A stretch of DNA of 58,706 bases, filler included, from Nemertoderma westbladi (taxonomy: Eukaryota > Animalia > Xenacoelomorpha), in the NCBI GenBank assembly GCA_032718475.1. It is 3 parts of 3 records of this genome, joined end to end, with 100 filler letters (N's around TTAATTAATTAA, not from the genome) between each part and the next. Parts side by side here need not be neighbours in the genome. Positions count along the whole stretch, not along the records: positions 1 to 29,160 come from JAUCBJ010005338.1; 2 more parts are not named here. The stretch is one strand, 5' to 3'. The notes beneath the pieces were generated by a model. It saw only the letters and a program-made list of their open reading frames with translations, was not told the origin of the DNA and did no database searches. Shown here piece after piece: positions 14,409 to 27,004 of this stretch (positions are counted from its first letter, which is position 1; the number at the start of each line of letters is the position of its first letter). A program made the translations under genes and the position numbers.

Positions 14409-17400
14409 TGTATGTTATATCGTGTGGTGCTTGGAGGTAGGCTGGGGTGTGAGTTGGATGTTGTATCGTGTGGTTCTTGGAGGTAGGCTGGGGTGTGAGT
14501 TGGATGTTGTATCGTGTGGTGCTTGGAGGTAGGCTGGGGTGTGAGTTGGATGTTGTATCGTGTGGTGCTTGGAAGTAGGCTGGGGTGTGAGTTAGTTGTT
14601 GTATCGTGTGGTGCTTGGAGGTAGGCTGGGGTGTGAGTTGGATGTTGTATCGTGTGGTGCTTGGAGGTAGGCTGGGGTGTGAGTTGGATGTTGTATTGTG
14701 TGGTGCTTGGAGGTAGCTGGGGTGTGAGTTGGGTGTTGTATTGTGTGGTGCTTGGAGGTAGGCTGGGGGTGTGAGTTGGATTGTTGTATTGTGTGGTGCT
14801 TGGAGGTAGGCTGGGGGTGTGAGTTGGATGTTGTATAGTGTGGTGCTTGGAGGTAGGCTGGGGTGTGAGTTGGATGTTTTATCGTGTGGTTCTTGGAGGT
14901 AGGCTGGGGTGTGAGTTGGATGTTGTATCGTGTGGTGCTTGGAGGTAGATAGGCTGGAGTGTGAGTTGGATGTTGTATTGTGTGGTGCTTGGAGGTAGGC
15001 TGGGGGTGTGAGTTGGATGTTGTATTGTGTGGTGCTTGGAGGTAGGCTGGGGTGTGAGTTGGATGTTGTATTGTGTGGTGCTTGGAGGTAGGCTGGGGGT
15101 GTGAGTTGGATGTTGTATTGTGTGGTGCTTGGAGGTAGGCTGGGGTGTGAGTTGGATGTTGTATCGTGTGGTGCTTGGAGGTAGGCTGGGGTGTGAGTTG
15201 GATGTTGTATTGTGTGGTGCTTGGAGGTAGCTGGGGTGTGAGTTGGGTGTTGTATTGTGTGGTGCTTGGAGGTAGGCTGGGGGTGTGAGTTGGATGTTGT
15301 ATCGTGTGGTGCTTGGAGGTAGGCTGGGGTGTGAGTTGGATGTTGTATCGTGTGGTGCTTGGAGGTAGGCTGGGGTGTGAGTTGGATGTTGTATTGTGTG
15401 GTGCTTGGAGGTAGCTGGGGTGTGAGTTGGGTGTTGTATTATGTGGTGCTTGGAGGTAGGCTGGGGGTGTGAGTTGGATGTTGTATTGTGTGGTGCTTGG
15501 AGGTAGGCTGGGGTGTGAGTTGGATGTTTTATCGTGTGGTTCTTGGAGGTAGGCTGGGGTGTGAGTTGGATGTTGTATCGTGTGGTGCTTGGAGGTAGAT
15601 AGGCTGGAGTGTGAGTTGGATGTTGTATTGTGTGGTGCTTGGAAGTAGGCTGGGGTGTGAGTTGGGTGTTGTATCGTGTGGTGCTTGGAGGTAGGCTGGG
15701 GTGTGAGTTGGATGTTGTATCGTGTGGTGCTTGGAGGTAGGCTGGGGTGTGAGTTGGATGTTGTATTGTGTGGTGCTTGGAGGTAGCTGGGGTGTGAGTT
15801 GGGTGTTGTATTGTGTGGTGCTTGGAGGTAGGCTGGGGGTGTGAGTTGGATTGTTGTATCGTGTGGTGCTTGGAGGTAGGCTGGAGGTGTGAGTTGGATG
15901 TTGTATTGTGTGGTGCTTGGAGGTAGGCTGGGGTGTGAGTTGTATGTTGTATCGTGTGGTGCTTGGAGGTAGGTTGGGGTGTGAGTTGGATGTTGTATCG
16001 TGTGGTGCTTGGAGGTAGGCTGGGGGTGTGAGTTGGATGTTGTATCGTGTGGTGCTTGGAGGTAGGCTGGGGGTGTGAGTTGGATGTTGTATTGTGTGGT
16101 GCTTGTAGGTAGGCTGGGGGTGTGAGTTGGATGTTGTATTGTGTGGTGCTTGGAGGTAGGCTGGGGGTGTGAGTTGGATGTTGTATCGTGTGGTGCTTGG
16201 AGGTAGGCTGGGGTGTGAGTTGGATGTTGTATCGTGTGGTGCTTGGAGGTAGATAGGCTGGAGTGTGAGTTGGATGTTGTATTGTGTGGTGCTTGGAAGT
16301 AGGCTGGGGTGTGAGTTGGGTGTTGTATTATGTGGTGCTTGGAGGTAGGCTGGGGGTGTGAGTTGGATGTTGTATTGTGTGGTGCTTGGAGGTAGGCTGG
16401 GGGTGTGAGTTGGATGTTGTATTGTGTGGTGCTTGGAGGTAGGCTGGGGTGTGAGTTGGATGTTTTATCGTGTGGTTCTTGGAGGTAGGCTGGGGTGTGA
16501 GTTGGATGTTGTATCGTGTGGTGCTTGGAGGTAGATAGGCTGGAGTGTGAGTTGGATGTTGTATTGTGTGGTGCTTGGAGGTAGGCTGGGGGTGTGAGTT
16601 GGATGTTGTATTGTGTGGTGCTTGGAGGTAGGCTGGGGTGTGAGTTGGATGTTGTATTGTGTGCTGCTTGGAGGTAGGCTGGGGGTGTGAGTTGGATGTT
16701 GTATTGTGTGGTGCTTGGAGGTAGGCTGGGGTGTGAGTTGGATGTTTTATCGTGTGGTTCTTGGAGGTAGGCTGGGGTGTGAGTTGGATGTTGTATCGTG
16801 TGGTGCTTGGAGGTAGATAGGCTGGAGTGTGAGTTGGATGTTGTATTGTGTGGTGCTTGGAGGTAGGCTGGGGGTGTGAGTTGGATGTTGTATCGTGTGG
16901 TGCTTGGAGGTAGGCTGGGGTGTGAGTTGGATGTTGTATCGTGTGGTGCTTGGAGGTAGGCTGGGGGTGTGAGTTGGATTGTTGTATTGTGTGGTGCTTG
17001 GAGATAGGCTGGGGGTGTGAGTTGGATGTTGTATAGTGTGGTGCTTGGAGGTAGGCTGGGGTGTGAGTTGGATGTTTTATCGTGTGGTTCTTGGAGGTAG
17101 GCTGGGGTGTGAGTTGGATGTTGTATCGTGTGGTGTTTGGAGGTAGATAGGCTGGAGTGTGAGTTGGATGTTGTATTGTGTGGTGCTTGGAGGTAGGCTG
17201 GGGGTGTGAGTTGGATGTTGTATTGTGTGGTGCTTGGAGGTAGGCTGGGGTGTGAGTTGGATGTTGTATTGTGTGGTGCTTGGAGGTAGGCTGGGGGTGT
17301 GAGTTGGATGTTGTATTGTGTGGTGCTTGGAGGTAGGCTGGGGTGTGAGTTGGATGTTGTATCGTGTGGTGCTTGGAGGTAGGCTGGGGTGTGAGTTGGA

Positions 17401-20400
17401 TGTTGTATTATGTGGTGCTTGGAGGTAGCTGGGGTGTGAGTTGGGTGTTGTACTGTGTGGTGCTTGGAGGTAGGCTGGGGGTGTGAGTTGGATGTTGTAT
17501 CGTGTGGTGCTTGGAGGTAGGCTGGGGTGTGAGTTGGATGTTGTATCGTGTGGTGCTTGGAGGTAGGCTGGGGTGTGAGTTGGATGTTGTATTGTGTGGT
17601 GCTTGGAGGTAGCTGGGGTGTGAGTTGGGTGTTGTATTATGTGGTGCTTGGAGGTAGGCTGGGGGTGTGAGTTGGATGTTGTATTGTGTGGTGCTTGGAG
17701 GTAGGCTGGGGTGTGAGTTGGATGTTTTATCGTGTGGTTCTTGGAGGTAGGCTGGGGTGTGAGTTGGATGTTGTATCGTGTGGTGCTTGGAGGTAGATAG
17801 GCTGGAGTGTGAGTTGGATGTTGTATTGTGTGGTGCTTGGAAGTAGGCTGGGGTGTGAGTTGGGTGTTGTATCGTGTGGTGCTTGGAGGTAGGCTGGGGT
17901 GTGAGTTGGGTGTTGTATCGTGTGGTGCTTGGAGGTAGGCTGGGGTGTGAGTTGGATGTTGTATTGTGTGGTGCTTGGAGGTAGCTGGGGTGTGAGTTGG
18001 GTGTTGTATTGTGTGGTGCTTGGAGGTAGGCTGGGGGTGTGAGTTGGATTGTTGTATCGTGTGGTGCTTGGAGGTAGGCTGGAGGTGTGAGTTGGATGTT
18101 GTATTGTGTGGTGCTTGGAGGTAGGCTGGGGTGTGAGTTGTATGTTGTATCGTGTGGTGCTTGGAGGTAGGTTGGGGTGTGAGTTGGATGTTGTATCGTG
18201 TGGTGCTTGGAGGTAGGCTGGGGGTGTGAGTTGGATGTTGTATCGTGTGGTGCTTGGAGGTAGGCTGGGGGTGTGAGTTTGATGTTGTATTGTGTGGTGC
18301 TTGTAGGTAGGCTGGGGGTGTGAGTTGGATGTTGTATTGTGTGGTGCTTGGAGGTAGGCTGGGGTGTGAGTTGGATGTTTTATCGTGTGGTTCTTGGAGG
18401 TAGGCTGGGGTGTGAGTTGGATGTTGTATCGTGTGGTGCTTGGAGGTAGATAGGCTGGAGTGTGAGTTGGATGTTGTATTGTGTGGTGCTTGGAAGTAGG
18501 CTGGGGTGTGAGTTGGGTGTTGTATTGTGTGGTGCTTGGAGGTAGGCTGGGGGTGTGAGTTGGATGTTGTATTGTGTGGTGCTTGGAGGTAGGCTGGGGG
18601 TGTGAGTTGGATGTTGTATTGTGTGGTGCTTGGAGGTAGGCTGGGGTGTGAGTTGGATGTTTTATCGTGTGGTTCTTGGAGGTAGGCTGGGGTGTGAGTT
18701 GGATGTTGTATCGTGTGGTGCTTGGAGGTAGATAGGCTGGAGTGTGAGTTGGATGTTGTATTGTGTGGTGCTTGGAGGTAGGCTGGGGGTGTGAGTTGGA
18801 TGTTGTATTGTGTGGTGCTTGGAGGTAGGCTGGGGTGTGAGTTGGATGTTGTATTGTGTGGTGCTTGGAGGTAGGCTGGGGGTGTGAGTTGGATGTTGTA
18901 TTGTGTGGTGCTTGGAGGTAGGCTGGGGTGTGAGTTGGATGTTTTATCGTGTGGTTCTTGGAGGTAGGCTGGGGTGTGAGTTGGATGTTGTATCGTGTGG
19001 TGCTTGGAGGTAGATAGGCTGGAGTGTGAGTTGGATGTTGTATTGTGTGGTGCTTGGAGGTAGGCTGGGGGTGTGAGTTGGATGTTGTATCGTGTGGTGC
19101 TTGGAGGTAGGCTGGGGTGTGAGTTGGATGTTGTATCGTGTGGTGCTTGGAGGTAGGCTGGGGTGTGAGTTGGATGTTGTATCGTGTGGTGCTTGGAGGT
19201 AGGCTGGGGTGTGAGTTGGATGTTGTATTGTGTGGTGCTTGGAGGTAGCTGGGGTGTGAGTTGGGTGTTGTATTGTGTGGTGCTTGGAGGTAGGCTGGGG
19301 GTGTGAGTTGGATGTTGTATCGTGTGGTGCTTGGAGGTAGGCTGGGGTGTGAGTTGGATGTTGTATCGTGTGGTGCTTGGAGGTAGACTGGGGTGTGAGT
19401 TGGATGTTGTATTGTGTGGTGCTTGGAGGTAGCTGGGGTGTGAGTTGGGTGTTGTATTGTGTGGTGCTTGGAGGTAGGCTGGGGGTGTGAGTTGGATGTT
19501 GTATTGTGTGGTGCTTGGAGGTAGGCTGGGGTGTGAGTTGGATGTTTTATCGTGTGGTTCTTGGAGGTAGGCTGGGGTGTGAGTTGGATGTTGTATCGTG
19601 TGGTGCTTGGAGGTAGATAGGCTGGAGTGTGAGTTGGATGTTGTATTGTGTGGTGCTTGGAAGTAGGCTGGGGTGTGAGTTGGGTGTTGTATCGTGTGGT
19701 GCTTGGAGGTAGGCTGGGGTGTGAGTTGGATGTTGTATCGTGTGGTGCTTGGAGGTAGGCTGGGGTGTGAGTTGGATGTTGTATTGTGTGGTGCTTGGAG
19801 GTAGCTGGGGTGTGAGTTGGGTGTTGTATTGTGTGGTGCTTGGAGGTAGGCTGGGGGTGTGAGTTGGATTGTTGTATCGTGTGGTGCTTGGAGGTAGGCT
19901 GGGGGTGTGAGTTGGATGTTGTATTGTGTGGTGCTTGGAGGTAGGCTGGGGTGTGAGTTGTATGTTGTATCGTGTGGTGCTTGGAGGTAGGCTGGGGTGT
20001 GAGTTGGATGTTGTATCGTGTGGTGCTTGGAGGTAGGCTGGGGGTGTGAGTTGGATGTTGTATTGTGTGGTGCTTGGAGGTAGGCTGGGGGTGTGAGTTG
20101 GATGTTGTATCGTGTGGTTCTTGGAGGTAGGCTGGGGTGTGAGTTGGATGTTGTATTGTGTGGTGCTTGGAGGTAGGCTGGGGTGTGAGTTGAATGTTGT
20201 ATTGTGTGGTGCTTGGAGGTAGGCTGGGGGTGTGAGTTGGATGTTGTATCGTGTGGTGCTTGGAGGTAGGCTGGGGGTGTGAGTTGGATGTTGTATTGTG
20301 TGGTGCTTGGAGGTAGGCTAGGGTGTGAGTTGGATGTTGTATTGTGTGGTGCTTGGAGGTAGGCTGGGGGTGTGAGTTGGATGTTGTATCGTGTGGTTCT

Positions 20401-20868
20401 TGGAGGTAGGCTGGGGTGTGAGTTGGATGTTGTATTGTGTGGTGCTTGGAGGTAGGCTGGGGTGTGAGTTGAATGTTGTATTGTGTGGTGCTTGGAGGTA
20501 GGCTGGGGGTGTGAGTTGGATGTTGTATCGTGTGGTGCTTGGAGGTAGGCTGGGGTGTGAGTTGGATGTTGTATTGTGTGGTGCTTGGAGGTAGCTGGGG
20601 TGTGAGTTGTATGTTGTATCGTGTGGTGCTTGGAGGTAGGCTGGGGTGTGAGTTGGATGTTGTATCGTGTGGTGCTTGGAGGTAGGCTGGGGTGTGAGTT
20701 GGATGTTGTATTGTGTGGCGCTTGGAGGTAGGCTGGGGGTGTGAGTTGGGTGTTGTATTGTGTGGTGCTTGGAGGTAGGCTGGGGGTGTGAGTTGGATGT
20801 TGTATTGTGTGGTGCTTGGAGGTAGGCTGGGGGTGTGAGTTGGATGTTGTATCGTGTGGTGCTTGGAT
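14409..20868. repeat. G/T-rich satellite, ~46-bp monomer GTGTGGTGCTTGGAGGTAGGCTGGGGTGTGAGTTGGATGTTGTATC
   Basis: About 140 highly similar units over ~6.5 kb; variant units recur with ~2.2-kb periodicity. Confidence 0.98.
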
Positions 20869-21808
20869 AAATAGTTCTGGTCAAAGTGAAAGCGAGTGAA
20901 ATAAAATAAAACAATTCAAAATGGAAAAGTTTAATGGAATATAATACAAATTGGTTTACATTATAAAATATAATTACGCACTACTGAGAACCGCCACGCT
21001 GTGCGGCCTATATGCACATTCGAAGTTAGTGAACCTTATTATACAGTGTTTAGCACCATTACGGTCCGAATGGGCATTGTCTAGAGTGAAAACTCTGATA
21101 ACTGTAATCGTGATAGGGACTCGGTAATATCAACAAATTTGACAGAACTGTTTCTTAGATACTGATATAGAGGCCAGTACTAAACTGTATTATAAGTCTC
21201 TCTAATTTCGTGGCTCGCCCCACACACACCAATACGAATCCGAATTGTAGACGTACTAATTCAGTAACATTAACAATATTACCAGGAATACATGTACTAA
21301 CATTAAATACTTACATCGGTGCATAATGTATAATGTGAGAACGACGTAAACAATAAAGCACATAGATATATACAAGCGAGTGACAGCACTATATTATTAT
21401 GCATCTATAATGAGTACCACATTATGTTTTTATAAATAAAATTAGAATTAGAATTTCAGAAAGAAATAGAATTAGAAATATAAGGAATTGCCTTTCTAGT
21501 AATGTAGTTATTATATCCTTGCTCAGTTGTCTCTATATGTTCAGTTTGTCGCGCTCAATTATATCAAATATTTTCTAAGCGCCTTTACTATTATTATTAT
21601 TATTAGAAATATAATTACACATATTAATATTGATGTACTAAATATAATTTTACCTCCCCAAGTTATATAAAATAAACAATAAATAAATACAACAACCATA
21701 TTTAATTGACCCTTGTCGATAACCAAATGAGTCAAAAATACTTATAAAAAGGAAAAAATACATATATTATTACTGCGTAAACCGGTGTCTTCATATGAAG
21801 GCCGTCGG

Positions 21809-21917
21809 AGAAGGCTCCCTCCTGTTTATACAAGGTGAAGGCTCCCTCCTGTTTATACAAGGTGAAGGCTCCCTCCTGTTTATACAAGGTGAAGGCTCCC
21901 TCCTGTTTATACAAGGT
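21809..21917. repeat. 27-bp minisatellite x4 (GAAGGCTCCCTCCTGTTTATACAAGGT), probably in the TFCP2 3' UTR
   Basis: Four exact tandem copies ~200 bp downstream of the TFCP2 stop codon. Confidence 0.92.
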
Positions 21918-22116
21918 TAGGTTGATATAGTTTATTAATAATCGGTGTTAATTGTAACTCCGATTAAAAATATAGACTAAATCCATATAGCGGTCGCCGC
22001 AATACCTGGATAATCTATTACATCAGTAGCGGCAGTGATTCAATGTAACGTTATCGGGTTGCTCACATAACGATCTGGTTAAGTAACATACCGAAAGATT
22101 ACATAACGGCGTTCTG

Positions 22117-22302
22117 TCACATAACGAGTCGCAAATCACATTTACTTGTATTATTTTGTTTTACCAAACTGGCGCTAATGTAACTCTCATTGGGTATAGT
22201 AGCGAGTAATTCATCTGTTATGATTATTTTTTTTGGCATAGTTGCCGGGCAACGGTAGACGTATTCGACTAATTCGGGGTCTGTGTTCAGCAGTTCGCAA
22301 AC
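22117..22302 (-). CDS. TFCP2: Terminal coding exon of TFCP2/LSF/UBP1-like transcription factor
   Basis: TTTCTTTAG acceptor; 62 codons VCELLNTDPELVEYVYRCPATMPKKIIITDELLATIPNESYISASLVKQNNTSKCDLRLVM* resembling the CP2-family C-terminus; phase 0, compatible with the upstream exon; not in the ORF track. Confidence 0.82.
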   Translation of the reverse strand, partial: VCELLNTDPELVEYVYRCPATMPKKIIITDELLATIPNESYISASLVKQNNTSKCDLRLVM

Positions 22303-22442
22303 CTAAAGAAACAAACAAAAACATGACGCAATAAATACACAATGTAATATAAAATAAAATAAGATACAAAATAATTCTCATGAAGTTAAATAACGTAAAT
22401 TATTTATTGAAATTGTATAATTCATGAATATAACTTACACTA

Positions 22443-25400
22443 TAGTCCGGCAGCCACAATGGTATACCGAAAATTTTTGGACGGATTACATTTTTTTGAT
22501 GTTTTGAGTTCTATAGGTCCCACTTAATGTGGAAATGGCGATTATAACATTTTTGACTTTGGGCATTTTGAAATAACGACCTAGTTGCTAAAGACCACGT
22601 AATTCTCATTTAAAGCATAGCAACTGCAAACAGCATGTCATAGTGGATTAAAATCTTCTACAAAGTCAATATAGTTCATTTACGAAATAATGACAGTATT
22701 TTTTGTCTGATTTTTAGATCCTGTTGCTATGGAGACGGCATTCAAGTTTAGTGTTTCGATTTCAAACGCCTTTAATTATACAATTAGTTACAAAATATGC
22801 ACCAAAGTTAGTTAAATTATGTTTATTTTATTAGCGTGGCCTTTCTGTAACTTTAGACAAGGTTAAGAATCTAAATTGGGCTCATATTTATTTCCTAACC
22901 TGACATGTTTGAGTGTTAACATAATTATTAAAGATTACAAATTTCAGCGATTATAACATTTAGGTGATGTTTCTACGGTAACTACAGTATATTTGTTATT
23001 TCCAGTTTAGCTCCTTTCTACTGTATTGTGCATCTTATTTTATTGTACCCGTATTCATAAATCGATACCGTAAGGGATAGTACAGATAAAGTGCATAAGT
23101 ACCTTAGCAAAGTAGATTAGAGTGGATTCTACTGTACAGTATAGTATGTTCCTGTGTTCCAACGTACGATATATTTATACTGTAATATACCAAATTTTGA
23201 GTTGGGTACTACAGTACTTTTTCTTGGGTGACCATTTCGATATGGAGAATTGGGTTTGGAATTCATAACTATTGATGATCATTAGTTATGATTATTAGTT
23301 AGGCCTATGATTTATCAATGAGTTAGGCATCACATTTAGTGTTTTCTTTATGGAATAGCTAGTGAGTTTCCAGGTCTCTGCATTTAAATGGGACTTGTTC
23401 TATAGAAAATTGATATACTCGTAGTTTCTTATATGGAATGTTTTTTCATTGACATGAAAATGTCATTAGCTTGTTCTAGACAATTGACATAGCTTTAGTT
23501 TCTTATACGTGAGTCGAATTGTTCATTTAATTGTCATCGGTATGTTTTTTTAATGTTTTTTTAATAATTAAAATGGTACTGTATGTTTGCGTAGTTCTCT
23601 AGCAATATAACAGTTGATGATAGCTAATCGAATTAGGAATTACTAGCAATTACTGTAAAAAATTCTAAAATGACTAGTTCGAACATTCATAAGATATTAT
23701 GGGTGCCTGGCACCTGGAAAAAACAGTAACTATTGTATCTGGTAAAAAAAATAGCTAGTAAAATCTCAAAACTTGATCATATTTAAAAGTCAATAGATAA
23801 AATGTAGTTAACGGGCCGGTAACTACATAGTCAACGGGCCGGTACTAGTTAACGGGTCGGGACTAGAGTCATCCGACTCCCTTACAGGTTGTCAGGAGTT
23901 TACCTAGGTAATGCCAAGCAAACTACTGTATAAACGAATTTAAGTTCCATGAATTGTAAGAAATCCACGCATTCACTAGCTATGCTAATAACCCAACCAA
24001 ACAGGAATATTGGACCTACCTTATCACATGTGGATGAAGTGGTCATTCTATACTGAGATTGACCAAAAAGGAAATGTCAAAAGAACTATAGATTATGACA
24101 TAGATATCAAGAGTTATATTAGTATTTCAAACCCGATTTAATACCTTGCCATTAAAAGTTTTGGCGGGGTCTGCTATTGGTCTACATCGAGCTAAATGTA
24201 TTGACCATGAGTTCATCAAAGATGTCACAATGTAATTTGGTAATTTCCTGTTCAGTACGGTGGACTTACATTAGGGGGGATGCATACATTAATGAGTTTC
24301 ATTGGATCCATAGGAAGTTTAATGGTTGAAACCGGCCTCTCTGAAGTGTATCGTGTGTATTTTGGCGGTGTTTCGAAGATGTTATCAGGGAAAAAGTTTC
24401 CACAGAACATGCCACATGAACATAGGTCGTTATTTCAAAATGCCCAAAGTCAAAAATGTTATAATCGCTATGCGCATTTTCGCAGATAAATATTCTATAT
24501 TTGTTCTATTATTACATTTGTATCTGAGGGAAAGAACAGGTATAACCAATTCAATTTTCATAAAATCCCCATTAAAAAACCGTACCGCAGTAATAGACGT
24601 GGGCGATACAGTAAAAATGGATCGTGGTATCATAGGAAATCTTTTGGGAGGCCATGCATTATCTGGGTGTGAAACGGTTGCGAGTATGTTTGGGATTGGC
24701 AAAGCGAAAGTCATCAAGGCTTTGGATAAAGGACTCACTCTTACTTGTTTGGGAGATATGGAAGCACCGCAATCTACAGTCTTAATGGAATGTACTAACT
24801 TTATAACTGACTGGCGTGACTGCTATGGATATGACTCAGACAACATGATCCAGTCGCGACAAAAGGTGTGCACAGAAAAAACAAATACCAGCTGTGCAAA
24901 GCTGCAAACAATACCACCAACCACTGACTCCTTCTCAGAGAACGTGAAAAGAGTCCATTTGCAAGTAATGGTGTGGAAGAACTCAATGGACTATGGAACT
25001 TTTCCCAATATTTTACAGACGATTTAAAATGCCTTGTAATGGCTCAGTAGAACTCAATAAAATTAATTCAGTATCGTTATACTTGTTTGAAAATTAATTT
25101 AATTATATTAAAAACATTTAAGGGAAAGGATCAGGTTACAGTGACGGTGTTTTCCAACCAAAACAATAAACTATGCATTATTTCACTTGCGGTCAATTAG
25201 CGCTGAAGATCACTATTTTCACTTGCGGTCAAAGTGCGCCACTATCTGAAACAAGCAGGAAACAAATTACTGTGGTTTCCATGAAAACGGGTATTTGTTG
25301 CTAAACATATTTCTACACAAAATTGAAGTGGTGCATATTATTTAGGGAAACATATTATTAATAAAGTGCACAAACGAAACAAAAAACACATGAGTGTCAG

Positions 25401-25738
25401 TAGGCATAGTAGTTTTTCCTTGGAAAGATAGACAGATAGTTGTAGTGCCTTCGTTACCATAGCAACACTTCAATAGTTTCTCTAAAATTTTCATATTTTC
25501 CATCAAAATTACAACCAGTTCAAGCCCACCAGTTAATCGCCATTCTGATTGCTAAGCTTTCAAAGAAATTGCTGTAGTCCATAGAAACGGGTCATTAATT
25601 CAAATTGCCCAAGGTGTCAAAGTCCATAAATCACTTTTTTATGTTAAGAGGGACCCCTAGACACCAAAACATCCAAAAAATGTAATCCGTCCAACAATTT
25701 TCGGTTGGGCCAAAAAGAGGTACGTGGCTGCCGGACTA
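22443..25738 (+). mobile_element. Academ (AcademX-type) DNA transposon, internally deleted, in the last TFCP2 intron
   Basis: Long imperfect TIRs starting TAGTCCGGCAGCCAC; 3-bp TSD CTA (22440-22442 and 25739-25741); internal LGGMHTLMSFIGSIG and XPG/FEN1-like HALSGCETVASMFGIGK, PPT...RVHLQVMVW remnants at 24270-25027. Confidence 0.82.
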
Positions 25739-25816
25739 CTATATTTTAATTCAATTAATTGTTCAAAATTGACTCGATTTCATTGAACATAAAAAAATTA
25801 CAAATAAGTATCGAAC

Positions 25817-26048
25817 CTTATACTTAAGTTCCCTTGCAGTAAGTTTGTCCAGGTACACAGCATGGTACACTAATTGGTTATCTATGCTCAGATAGAGAGT
25901 AAGTATTGGCCGATAGTTTCTTTGTTGTAACACATTAAACAGTCGTATCCCTTCGGCGGGGCCGCATATCGCAACCAGGTCGTCTTTAGCCATGTGTATG
26001 AGATCGGTGCCGCTGTAGTTGGCAAAAACCTCAGCGAACATTTGAAAC
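25817..26048 (-). CDS. TFCP2: Internal exon of TFCP2/LSF/UBP1-like factor (SAM-like domain region)
   Basis: FANYSGTDLIHMAKDDLVAICGPAEGIRLFNVL...RPILTLY...VYHAVYLDKLT matches the CP2-family pattern FSGADLL..TRDD.IQICGPADGIRLFNAL...RPRLTIY...VYHAIYL; TTTTAG acceptor and AAG|GT donor. Confidence 0.92.
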
Positions 26049-26129
26049 CTAAAAAAAAAGCAAAGAAAGATTGGTTGATAGGTTACATCATAAAATAAAA
26101 TAATAATATGTCTATAAGCAATAAAATGT

Positions 26130-26296
26130 CCCACCGTACCTGTTAGCTATTAACCACCGCTGTGTTTGTGCGGTACCACCGTATCTGTTAGCTATTAACC
26201 ACCGCTGTGTTTGTGCGGTACCACCGTACCTGTTAGCTATTAACCACCGCTGTGTTTGTCCGGTCCCACCGTACCTGTTAGCTAATAACCACCGCT
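26130..26296 (-). repeat. 45-bp tandem repeat made of the 3' end of the preceding TFCP2 exon plus its splice donor
   Basis: Unit encodes TAQTQRWLIANR (cf. CP2-family Q.WL..NR|F) followed by GTACGG; ~3.7 copies; donors at 26138, 26228 and 26273, one mutated at 26183. Confidence 0.85.
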
Positions 26297-27004
26297 AGTA
26301 GTAATGGTTTACCCTACTTCGGCGACAGTTTAGTCCCACTTCGCACCTTGGGTGTTAAGTAGGTCATTAATTAATTAAACAATTAATTAATTGGTCGATT
26401 AAACAATTAATTAATTGTTTAATCAATCGATTTGTATCAAATAATGTTGCCAAAGGCAATTTAATTTGATACAAATCAATCAGATAGGGACGCGAGATGA
26501 ATAAATTGTACTACAGCAAATGAAATATACAATACAATAGGCACTGTGCAATACAATATACAGTACATTTGTATTATTTTTGCCGTACAATAGGTAAAGG
26601 TAGAATGAAATATAAAGACGCGATCGGGGCCCAAAACATAAATTACCCTTTCAAGAAAATAAAATGGGCCAGTTTGGCCCTGGTTCAATCCCTCAATAAT
26701 CTGTGGCCGTTTGGGCTCTTATTAGACGTAGCATGACTAATCCCATTGAATCCTATGTTGAGTTAAACCATTGTCAAACAGCCTAAGAAAATTATAATAA
26801 ACATCTGGTTTTGATGAATAGATTATTCTTCTTTCACAACTCCATTCTAGCCTCCCTCTATAATAGCCCCCATTCACCGCATTCCCATTCATTCTCTAAT
26901 TTTATTTTTAAAAGTTTTATTTATTTTCATAAAAGTTTTATTTATTTAAAATTTTGTAAAATCATTCAGCGAAAATTCATAATATCAATTGACATTGCTA
27001 TATA

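Noticed and set aside
20318-20914. 198-aa mucin-like ORF
   Set aside because: Chance read-through of the 46-bp satellite; the frame shifts between units
22141-22146. Splice donor (GTAAAT) near the end of the last TFCP2 exon
   Set aside because: Read-through gives SKCDLRLVM*, which fits the family C-terminus length, so no further exon is needed
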